The notes beneath the pieces are model-generated. The model was not told where the DNA came from. It saw only the letters and a program-made list of their open reading frames with translations, and searched no databases. From an uncultured Acidobacteriaceae bacterium (GTDB lineage: Bacteria; Acidobacteriota; Terriglobia; Terriglobales; Acidobacteriaceae), in contig CAVRNK010000064.1 of assembly GCA_963721995.1 (NCBI GenBank), forward strand, positions 6,569 through 70,568: DNA of 64,000 bases, given 5' to 3'. The first letter of the stretch is position 1; every line of letters starts with the position of its first letter. A program made the position numbers and the translations under genes. Positions 19,066 to 27,516 of this stretch are shown piece by piece.

Positions 19066-20433
19066 ATGATGCAAGACACCCACCAGCTGCGCTGCACGGG
19101 GTGCGCCCGTGTAGTCGCGCAAGAGGATCTCAAGGAGAACTTCCGCTGTCCCGATTGCGGGGATCTGTACGAAGTCGAATATCCGGCGTGGAGTGCCCAG
19201 GCTGCGACCGCGGCCAAGCGAAACTTTCCCAATCCCAGCGCCCTGCGCTGGCTGTGGAAAGAACGACGCACCTCCTCCGACCACCGGGACCAGAGTGGCG
19301 TCTGGCGCTTTCGCGATCTGCTCCCGATCCTGCGCGACGAGGCGAATATCGTCTCCCTTCGCGAGGGCAACACCCCACTCTACGCCCTCTACCGCGCTGC
19401 GCGCGCGACTGGCATCGCCAGCCTGTACGGCAAGCACCAGGGGATGAATCCCACCGGCTCATTCAAGGACACGGGAATGACCGCCGCTCTTTCCGTCGCT
19501 CATGAGCGCGGATTCAGCTGGGTCGCCTGCGCATCGACCGGAAACACTTCCGCTGCCATGGCCGCCTATGCCGCGCGCGCGGGCATGCGCAGCCTGGTGC
19601 TGATTCCGCAGGGCAAGATTGCCTGGGGCAAGCTCTCGCAGGCCATCGACTACGGCGCGTTGACCTGCCAGCTCCGCACTGATTTTGACGGCTGCGTGCG
19701 CGTGCTCGGAGAAGTCGTCCGGCGCGCGCCTGTCTACCTGCTGAACTCGGTCAACCCCTACCGGCTGGAAGGGCAGAAGACTCCCGCTCTCGAAATTGCC
19801 GAGGAGTTCGACTGGCAGGTGCCGGATCACCTGATCGTGCCCGGCGGCAATCTGGCCAACTCATCGGCGCTGGGCAAGGCATTCCTTGAGATGAAGCATC
19901 TCGGGCTTACCGACCGCGTTCCGAAAATCTCCGTGGTTCAGGCCGAGGGGGCGAATCCGTTGTACCGCAGTATGCAGACCAGTGACGGGCGCGATCTCAC
20001 TCCGGTCGAAGCTCACACCCGCGCGAGCGCCATTCGTATCGGCAATCCTGCTTCGTGGAGGAAGGCGGTGCGTGTCGTCCACGCCAGTGGAGGATCGGTC
20101 GAGCAGGTCAGCGAAGCCGAGATCGCGCTGGCCAAGGCCGAGATCGGAGCCGAAGGCATCGGATGCGAGCCCGCCTCTGCGGTCACCCTGGCCGGCCTTA
20201 AAAAGTTCGTCGCGGCAGGCAAGATCGGTTCGTCGGAGACAGTGGTGCTGCTGCTCACCGGTCACACGCTCAAGGACTCCGAGTACACCATCCAGTACCA
20301 CCGCGGCGATCTTCTTCGCGATGAAGAGCTCACAACTTTGCGCGCAGAGATCGATGCCACGCGGCGCAATCCAGTGGAACTTGATGCCGATCCCGATCAG
20401 GTGCTTCGCATCCTCGAGCAGGTAGCTCGATGA
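19066..20433 (+). CDS. thrC: Threonine synthase
   Basis: N-terminal Zn ribbon; EGNTP, NPTGSFKD, CASTGNTS and EPASA motifs. Confidence 0.93.
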   Translation: MMQDTHQLRCTGCARVVAQEDLKENFRCPDCGDLYEVEYPAWSAQAATAAKRNFPNPSALRWLWKERRTSSDHRDQSGVWRFRDLLPILRDEANIVSLREGNTPLYALYRAARATGIASLYGKHQGMNPTGSFKDTGMTAALSVAHERGFSWVACASTGNTSAAMAAYAARAGMRSLVLIPQGKIAWGKLSQAIDYGALTCQLRTDFDGCVRVLGEVVRRAPVYLLNSVNPYRLEGQKTPALEIAEEFDWQVPDHLIVPGGNLANSSALGKAFLEMKHLGLTDRVPKISVVQAEGANPLYRSMQTSDGRDLTPVEAHTRASAIRIGNPASWRKAVRVVHASGGSVEQVSEAEIALAKAEIGAEGIGCEPASAVTLAGLKKFVAAGKIGSSETVVLLLTGHTLKDSEYTIQYHRGDLLRDEELTTLRAEIDATRRNPVELDADPDQVLRILEQVAR

Positions 20434-21338
20434 GCGCATCACCGCTCCGGCTGCGTCTGCCTGCGACTTCAGCCAACCTGGGCCCCGGCTTCGACACGCT
20501 GGCGATTGCGCTGAACGTGTATCTCGAGGTCGAGGCTCGCGAGGCCGAGACATTCTCGATTCATGCCTTGGGGCGCGGTCCCGAAGTCTGCGGATCGCTG
20601 GAGCGGAACCTGCTGCTCGATGTCTACCGCAAGACTCTCGCCGCGCACCATCGCGAGGTGAAGCCACTCGCGCTCGAAGTCAATAACGGAATCCCGCTGG
20701 GAATGGGTTGCGGCTCATCGGCTGCGGTACGTCTTGCCGGCGTTGCTCTCGCGGCGCACTTCGGCGGGCTCGGGTGGGATCGCGAGCACATCCTTGCCGA
20801 GGCGACAAAGCTGGAAGGTCATCCGGACAATGCAGCTGCCTGCTGGCTCGGTGGCTTCGTCGCCGGGTGCTGGGACGGCACGAAGGTGCGAGCCGTATCG
20901 TTTCCCGCGCCGGCCGGGTGGCGTGCGCTGGTTGTGCTTCCTGAAAAGCCGTTAGCCACATCGGCATCGCGGGCTGTTCTTCCGCTGAGCTACGAACGTG
21001 TGGATGTCGTCGCCAACCTGCAGCGCGTGGCGTTGCTCACTGCCGCTTTCGCCACAGGCCGCGGCGATCTCATCGGTGAAGCGATGCGCGACCGCATGCA
21101 TCAACCGTATCGCAACAAGGCATGCCCGTTGCTGCCGCGCCTGTTGCCGCTCTCAGGAACAGATGGGATCCTTGGCGTATGTCTCAGTGGCGCCGGTCCT
21201 GCCGTTCTTCTGCTGGTTGAGTCTTCCGATGCGATCGGGACCGTGGAATCCCGCGTGTCGCAGATGATCTCCGGGATGGGCGCCATTGAAATTCTTCGCT
21301 GCGAAATCGAGAATCGGCCTGCGGAAATGGCATCCTGA
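20430..21338 (+). CDS. thrB: Homoserine kinase
   Basis: PATSANLGPGFD, GCGSSAA, EGHPDN and SGAGP motifs. Confidence 0.95.
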   Translation: MSASPLRLRLPATSANLGPGFDTLAIALNVYLEVEAREAETFSIHALGRGPEVCGSLERNLLLDVYRKTLAAHHREVKPLALEVNNGIPLGMGCGSSAAVRLAGVALAAHFGGLGWDREHILAEATKLEGHPDNAAACWLGGFVAGCWDGTKVRAVSFPAPAGWRALVVLPEKPLATSASRAVLPLSYERVDVVANLQRVALLTAAFATGRGDLIGEAMRDRMHQPYRNKACPLLPRLLPLSGTDGILGVCLSGAGPAVLLLVESSDAIGTVESRVSQMISGMGAIEILRCEIENRPAEMAS

Positions 21339-21395
21339 TGCTATACCACCCTCGTAACATATAGATCCCATTACCTTAGGATTACCTAAGATTTC

Positions 21396-21424
21396 TTGCC
21401 AGAGCCCTCAGAAAGCAATATTTT
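21396..21424 (+). promoter_or_regulatory. Sigma70-like promoter of the orphan sRNA candidate
   Basis: TTGCCA (21396) - 17 bp - TATTTT (21419); palindrome cttagg-atta-cctaag at 21375-21390 just upstream. Confidence 0.45.
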
Positions 21425-21430
21425 CGCAGC

Positions 21431-21499
21431 GTGGGCAGTTCTGGGGGAGGGCTGCTCTAGCGCCCGGGTTCCTTAATTGGAATCCGGGCGCTTTGATTT
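21431..21499 (+). ncRNA. Candidate small RNA with two hairpins
   Basis: Hairpin gggcagttct/agggctgctc with G5 loop, then 14-bp hairpin agcgcccgggttcc/ggaatccgggcgct and a ttgattt tail. Confidence 0.4.
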
Positions 21500-21804
21500 G
21501 CGCGCCCTGCGTTCAGGCCCGTTTCCCACGTTCAATCCTCTCCGGATTGTCCGTGACAAGTCTCCACACGGCATATCTTGCATTTAGCTGCCTGGTTATC
21601 TCCCAGTTATCTCCGTTACATTACTGGTTATTAAAGAAGTCATAAATTTCAGCAGCGCTCTTCTTCATGCTCCTTTTCCGGAGACGGAACCCTTACAACA
21701 ATCAAACGACCTTCGGACTTTTCTGTGGCAACTCTCCCGGCGCAAATGCCTAGTCTTCGTGCGGGCGGCCTTTACCGAGCCCACGCAGCAACAGGAGAAG
21801 CACC

Positions 21805-22968
21805 ATGGATAGATCTGAGAGCATGATTAAGCGTCCAGTAAACCGCCGCTCGTTTATGAAGAGCGGAATGCTGGCAGGGGGCGCGGCAACTCTAAGCGCC
21901 GGATTGTTGAACGGATCCAGGCCGGCTTTTGCGGAGGACAACGATAATGGTCGGCTCACTAAAGGAGATGCGGCGATTCTTCGTTTCCTGGCCGCGGCCG
22001 AGATCATCGAATCCGATCTTTGGACACAGTACAACGAGCTGGGTGGTATCGGCGATAATCCGCCTATTGAGATAGATCCGAACCCGAACCCGCCATTGAA
22101 CAACTATCAGGTGGCCTTGTCGAACCTCGATGGCGACGGCCCACAATACATAGCAAGCAACACACTGGACGAACTCAGCCATGCTGCCTTCCTCAATGCA
22201 TTTCTGGAGTCCAAGGGAGCGGAGCCGGTCAACTTTGACGAGTTCACAACCTTGGAAGGAAGCACAGCCGCCGGATCGTCAGGCAAGAAGCGCCTCACGA
22301 ACCTCATGCATCTCAACGTCGACACCAGCTGGTACGTTCGCTACCGCAGCACAACTAATCCGGATTTCGGAGCCACCTTCCCCCAGGCCATCACTCTCAA
22401 GAATGTGACTGCCATTCCCAGAAATGACAACGACTTCAACGGCGCTTCCAACCCCAACTTTCTCGGCAACAACCATATCCAAGCGATCGCGAACGTAGCC
22501 GGCTTTCATTTCGGATACATCGAGCAAGGTGGCTCGAGTCTCTACGCGAGTCTCTCGCGCAAAGTGACCAGCGAGGAAGTTCTCAGGATCACCCTTGGCA
22601 TCGGCGGAGACGAAATTGCTCACTTCCTGGAGTGGGTGGATTTTGCTGGCAATGGCGTGCAACAGCCTGTGGCGCCGTTTACGGACTCGATATCCGGCCT
22701 GACGTTTCCTGATTTCTTCAATAACCCACCGTTGCAGCCGCCCAGCTTGGTTCAGCCCAGCCTGATCTTCCCCGTCCCTTGCGAATTCATCAGCCCCAAG
22801 CTCCCCCATGTCGCCATCATTCGTCCGCTGACCGATAGGTTTGCAGGTGCCGTGGCGACGATCGCAAGCTTCACCGCCGATGGGCTCTTCTTCGGCCAGA
22901 GCAAGCAATTCCTCAACACGCTGCAAATCATGGCAGAGGAGGCGGACGCGGCACGCCGCGAGTTTTAA
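21805..22968 (+). CDS. Tat-exported ferritin-like (diiron) domain protein
   Basis: NRRSFMK twin-arginine signal; AAEIIESDLW, DELSH and DEIAH ExxH ligand motifs. Confidence 0.8.
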   Translation: MDRSESMIKRPVNRRSFMKSGMLAGGAATLSAGLLNGSRPAFAEDNDNGRLTKGDAAILRFLAAAEIIESDLWTQYNELGGIGDNPPIEIDPNPNPPLNNYQVALSNLDGDGPQYIASNTLDELSHAAFLNAFLESKGAEPVNFDEFTTLEGSTAAGSSGKKRLTNLMHLNVDTSWYVRYRSTTNPDFGATFPQAITLKNVTAIPRNDNDFNGASNPNFLGNNHIQAIANVAGFHFGYIEQGGSSLYASLSRKVTSEEVLRITLGIGGDEIAHFLEWVDFAGNGVQQPVAPFTDSISGLTFPDFFNNPPLQPPSLVQPSLIFPVPCEFISPKLPHVAIIRPLTDRFAGAVATIASFTADGLFFGQSKQFLNTLQIMAEEADAARREF

Positions 22969-23210
22969 CGCTAATCACTCTAACCTCAGCCCGCACCTGT
23001 CCACTGCCGGACCGCCTGATTCTGGGTCTATGCAGCGAACGGTTGCGGGCGCTTTTTTAAGGGCCCTGGAGGGCTTCCCGTTCCGGTCTTCTGAACCCCT
23101 GCGATTGCGACTTTTTCGCTCTCTTTGCATCTATTAGTCCGGTACACTGTTTGAGTAGAGTCGCGCGAAAGCGGCGCGAGCCAAAACCTCGAGCAGCGAG
23201 CCAAGGAGAA

Positions 23211-23639
23211 ATGATGGCGGTTCAATCAATAGTGGAACTTAGCGACGCAAACTTTGATCAGGAAGTGCTGAAGTCCGAACAGCCTGTCCTGGTTGATTTC
23301 TGGGCGGCGTGGTGTGGCCCCTGTAAGGCGCTCGCTCCCACCGTCGATGAAGTGGCCACGCAGTACGCCGGCAAACTCAAGGTTGCCAAGATGGATGTGG
23401 ACCGGAACCAGGCAACCCCGATGCGCTACGGAATCCGCGGCATTCCCGCGCTCCTGCTCTTCAAGGGCGGCAAGGTAGCCGACCAGATCGTTGGCTACGT
23501 TCCCAAGGAGACCATCGATCGCAGCCTGGCGCGGGTAATCACCGCTGAGACTGCGCCTGCCGTCGCCAAGGCGGCTCCAGCTCCGGCTGTTGAGGACGCC
23601 ATGGCCCCGGCAGCTGTAACAGCGAACGTTATAAAGTAA
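23211..23639 (+). CDS. trxA: Thioredoxin
   Basis: VDFWAAWCGPC; GIRGIP; Ala/Pro-rich C-terminal tail; RBS aaggag. Confidence 0.95.
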   Translation: MMAVQSIVELSDANFDQEVLKSEQPVLVDFWAAWCGPCKALAPTVDEVATQYAGKLKVAKMDVDRNQATPMRYGIRGIPALLLFKGGKVADQIVGYVPKETIDRSLARVITAETAPAVAKAAPAPAVEDAMAPAAVTANVIK

Positions 23640-23644
23640 ATTTC

Positions 23645-23681
23645 AAAAGGCCCGGGATACCTTACAAGCCCCGGGCTTTTT
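23645..23681 (+). terminator. Rho-independent terminator after trxA
   Basis: aaaaggcccggg...cccgggcttttt inverted repeat. Confidence 0.65.
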
Positions 23682-23810
23682 CCTGTACCGATGGTTGCCT
23701 GCGGCCTCGTTTTCCGTTTTGCTCTGACGAAAACATCTGCCGCGCTTGCCGCCGCGTACTGTAACTGGAGACGATAAAAAGAGTCGTATAAGTAGCGGCT
23801 TTGAAACTCC

Positions 23811-24782
23811 ATGTTGACACGCAAATCAAACGACATCCCCTACTCCGAAGTCACTCCGAAATCTGCCTACCTGAACCGCCGTACCTTCATGGCCGGCGCC
23901 GCGGCAGTCGGCGCCGCTGCCATCGCCGGCAAACACCTCGCCAGGCTGATTTCCCCGGAAGCCTCCGTTCACGCTGACACCAAGCTCACGACCGTGAAGA
24001 GCCCGCTGTCCCTCACCGGCGAAACCCCGACCTCGCTGCAGGACATCACGCACTACAACAATTTCTACGAGTTCGGCGTCGATAAGGGTGACCCCGCAAG
24101 AAATGCCTGGCGTCTCAAGACGCGCCCCTGGACCGTTTCCGTCGAGGGCCTGGTCAAGAACAAGCAGAAGTTCGACATCGACACGCTCATGAAGCTGCAC
24201 CCGCTCGAAGAGCGCATCTATCGCTTCCGCTGCGTAGAGGCATGGAGCATGGTCATTCCCTGGGTCGGTTACTCACTCTCGGAGTTCATCCAAAAGTGCG
24301 AGCCGCTGCCGTCGGCGAAGTACGTCCAGTTCATCTCGCTCGCTGACCCCAGCCAGATGCCGGGCCTCAGCGAAGCCAATCTCGACTGGCCTTACTCCGA
24401 AGGCCTGCGCATGGACGAAGCGATGCACCCGCTCACACTGCTCACTTTCGGGCTTTATGGTGAAACGCTGCCCAACCAGGATGGCGCGCCTGTGCGCGTC
24501 ATCGTGCCCTGGAAGTACGGCTTCAAGTCCGCGAAATCGATCGTCAAGATAAGGTTCGTCGATAAGCAGCCCCATACGACATGGAACGAGATGGCTCCCA
24601 ACGAGTACGGCTTTTACTCGAACGTGAACCCCAACGTCGACCATCCACGCTGGAGCCAGAAGACGGAGCGCGTCATTGGTGCATCCATCTTCCATCAGCG
24701 CCAGCCCACGCTCATGTTCAACGGCTACGAGGATCAGGTGGCAAAGCTGTACACCGGGATGGATCTGCGCAAGAATTTCTAG
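23811..24782 (+). CDS. msrP: Protein-methionine-sulfoxide reductase catalytic subunit
   Basis: Tat signal [30 protein letters not shown] and HPRWSQ. Confidence 0.95.
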   Translation: MLTRKSNDIPYSEVTPKSAYLNRRTFMAGAAAVGAAAIAGKHLARLISPEASVHADTKLTTVKSPLSLTGETPTSLQDITHYNNFYEFGVDKGDPARNAWRLKTRPWTVSVEGLVKNKQKFDIDTLMKLHPLEERIYRFRCVEAWSMVIPWVGYSLSEFIQKCEPLPSAKYVQFISLADPSQMPGLSEANLDWPYSEGLRMDEAMHPLTLLTFGLYGETLPNQDGAPVRVIVPWKYGFKSAKSIVKIRFVDKQPHTTWNEMAPNEYGFYSNVNPNVDHPRWSQKTERVIGASIFHQRQPTLMFNGYEDQVAKLYTGMDLRKNF

Positions 24783-24785
24783 CGG

Positions 24786-25400
24786 ATGTCCAACCGCTTA
24801 ATTGTTGTCCTGAAAGTTCTCGTTCACATAGCCTGCCTTGCGCCCATTGCGTGGCTCATTGTCCATCTTATTCAGAATAATCTCGGCCCCGACCCGACAG
24901 CCGCGGTCACTTTCTTCACCGGCCGGGGAACCCTGCGTCTACTCGTCATCTCGCTGGCCATCACGCCGGTGCGCAAGCTCATTACGCCACTCGCATGGAT
25001 TATCCGCTTCCGCCGTATGCTTGGCCTGTACGCCTTCTTCTATGGGTGCCTGCACCTGCTCACCTACATCTGGCTGTACGCAGGCTTCAGCCTCGCAGCC
25101 ATGATCGACGACATCACTAAGCGCCGCTTCATCACTGCTGGACTGACCGCCTGGGTGCTCATGGTTCCGCTGGCGCTCACCTCCACCACGTGGTCGATCA
25201 GCAAGCTCGGCGGCAAGAACTGGAACCGCCTGCACCGGCTTGTCTACCTCTCCGCCATCGCGGGAGTCGTGCATTACTGGTGGGGAGTCAAGCCCGGCGT
25301 ATTGACGCCAACGGCGATCACCGTGGTCCTCACCGTGCTTCTTGCTGCGCGTCCGGTTCTGAACTGGTGGTCGGACCGTAAAAAGGTGGCTGTTACCTGA
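24786..25400 (+). CDS. msrQ: Protein-methionine-sulfoxide reductase heme-binding membrane subunit
   Basis: RRMLGLYAFFY..LH, LALTS and WNRLHRLVY; follows msrP. Confidence 0.93.
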   Translation: MSNRLIVVLKVLVHIACLAPIAWLIVHLIQNNLGPDPTAAVTFFTGRGTLRLLVISLAITPVRKLITPLAWIIRFRRMLGLYAFFYGCLHLLTYIWLYAGFSLAAMIDDITKRRFITAGLTAWVLMVPLALTSTTWSISKLGGKNWNRLHRLVYLSAIAGVVHYWWGVKPGVLTPTAITVVLTVLLAARPVLNWWSDRKKVAVT

Positions 25401-25469
25401 ATTCGGCGCAACTCGCCGCAACCGGGAAGGGTCTATACAGGCGTGTCAGATCCCCGAGCCGGGGCAATC

Positions 25470-27497
25470 ATGCGTCGAACTCCACTCCTCGTCTTCTCCA
25501 TGGTGGCCGCTGGCTGTATCACTATCGGTCACGCTCAGGCCAGAAAGACCGCTCCCGCGCCTGCCCGGCATGCCGCTGCCGCTCCGTTGCCGCCCCTGAC
25601 CGATCAGGAGCGCGCCATCCAGATGCTCAGCCGGTTCACCTTCGGCCCGCGGCCCGGCGACGTCGAAGCGGTGATGAAGATGGGTCCCGACGCGTGGTTC
25701 GAGCAGCAGCAGAATCCTGACAGCATCCCCGATCCGGTCCTCGACAAGCGCCTCGCGGATTACCCATCGCTCTATCTCCCGCCCAATCAGTTGCTCGTAG
25801 AGTTCCCGTCGAATCAGATCATTCGCCAGATCGCCGACGGCAAGCGTTCCGAGCCGCCGGACCCGATGCTCGAAGGCGCCTACGAGGTTCTGCTGGCCAA
25901 GTACAACCGGCGCCAGGTGGAGCAGAAAGCGCAGCAGAACGCCGCGCCGGGAACGAATCCGGACATGACCCCCGACATAGCTGAGGCCGGCAAGGCGGCC
26001 CAGCGCAAACAGCAACAGGCCGCGGCGCAGGTGCTGGCCGACGAGGTGCTGGCCTTTCCCAAAGGCGAGCGCATTCAGGCCATCATGAAGATGCCTGTCG
26101 AACAGCGCATCACGCTGACCGAGTTTGTGCCCGATCCGCAGCGCGGCCTCGTCTTCAATGACTTCACACCGCGAGAACGCGAGATCTTCAACCTGATGGC
26201 GGGCGGCCCGGACGGCATGCACGTGATCGACAACGAACTCGAGCAGGCCAAGGTTCTTCGCGCCGTCCTCAGCGAACGCCAGCTGCAGGAGGTCGTGACC
26301 GACTTCTGGTATAACCACTTCAACGTCGACATCCGCAAGGAAGCCGCGCAGTGGTACACGCCTACCTACGAGCGCGATGCCATCCGTGCCCATGCGCTGG
26401 GTAAATTCCGCGACTTGCTGCTCGCCACCGCGCAGCACCCGGCGATGCTTTTCTACCTCGACAACTGGTCGAGCATCGGCCCTGATTCGGTGGCAGCCGG
26501 GCGACCGCACGGGAAACAGGCGCAGCGCGGGCTGAACGAAAACTACGGCCGCGAGGTCATGGAACTGCACACCGTCGGCGTAAACGGAGGCTATTCGCAG
26601 GCTGACGTCACCAATCTGGCCAAAATCCTCACCGGATGGACCATTGACCAGCCGCAACAGGGCGGAGGATTCGTCTTCGATCTCCGCAAGCACGAGCCGG
26701 GCTCAAAGCAATGGTTCGGCCAGAAAGTGTCGGAGAACGGCTATGTCGAAGGGCAGCGCGCCCTCGAATGGCTCGCCGCGCAGCCGCAGACAGCGCACTT
26801 CATCTCTTATCAATTAGCCCAACGCTTCGTCTGCGACGATCCGCCGGAAGAACTCGTCGATCGCATGGCGAAGACCTACATGGCCACCGATGGCGACATC
26901 AAGGAAATCCTGCGGACCATGGTCCACTCACCCGAATTCAACTCAGAGAAGTACTACCGCGTGAAGGTAAAGACGCCGCTCGAATTCGTCACGTCGGTTT
27001 TCCGCGCGACGGACACCAACCCGGCAAATCCGGGTGCATTGGTGGGGGTTATCGGCCGCATGGGCGAGCCGCTCTATCAAATGCAGCCGCCCACCGGATA
27101 CTCAACCACCGCCGACCACTGGATGAACTCCGGCGCGCTGGTCGACCGCCTGAATTTCTCCATGCAGTTCGCCAACAGCAAGGTCGGAGGCATCAAGTTT
27201 GACGCGCCACGCCTGCTCGCCGAAGGGCTTCTTACGCGCACGGCAACCGCGCCTGCGTCGCTCCATGGTGGAAGCCGCGCCCAGACGGTCGCGCTGACTT
27301 CGACGGCGTTACCCAGCGGTCAGGAGGAAGCTCTCGGTCTAATGGAGCAGATGCTGGTCGACGGCAAAGTCTCCAGCAAGATCAACGACGTCATCCACAA
27401 GGAGCTCGCTGACGCCCAGTCCTCGAGCGATCCCGCCCAGACCCTCGACACGATGACTGCACTCCTTCTCGGCTCGCCCGAGTTTCAGATGCATTGA
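25470..27497 (+). CDS. DUF1800 family protein
   Basis: RFTFGPRPG, FWYNHFNV, MLFYLDN, NENYGREVMELHTVG and SPEFQ. Confidence 0.9.
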   Translation: MRRTPLLVFSMVAAGCITIGHAQARKTAPAPARHAAAAPLPPLTDQERAIQMLSRFTFGPRPGDVEAVMKMGPDAWFEQQQNPDSIPDPVLDKRLADYPSLYLPPNQLLVEFPSNQIIRQIADGKRSEPPDPMLEGAYEVLLAKYNRRQVEQKAQQNAAPGTNPDMTPDIAEAGKAAQRKQQQAAAQVLADEVLAFPKGERIQAIMKMPVEQRITLTEFVPDPQRGLVFNDFTPREREIFNLMAGGPDGMHVIDNELEQAKVLRAVLSERQLQEVVTDFWYNHFNVDIRKEAAQWYTPTYERDAIRAHALGKFRDLLLATAQHPAMLFYLDNWSSIGPDSVAAGRPHGKQAQRGLNENYGREVMELHTVGVNGGYSQADVTNLAKILTGWTIDQPQQGGGFVFDLRKHEPGSKQWFGQKVSENGYVEGQRALEWLAAQPQTAHFISYQLAQRFVCDDPPEELVDRMAKTYMATDGDIKEILRTMVHSPEFNSEKYYRVKVKTPLEFVTSVFRATDTNPANPGALVGVIGRMGEPLYQMQPPTGYSTTADHWMNSGALVDRLNFSMQFANSKVGGIKFDAPRLLAEGLLTRTATAPASLHGGSRAQTVALTSTALPSGQEEALGLMEQMLVDGKVSSKINDVIHKELADAQSSSDPAQTLDTMTALLLGSPEFQMH

Positions 27498-27516
27498 GGA
27501 GCGCAACCCTGTCTCA

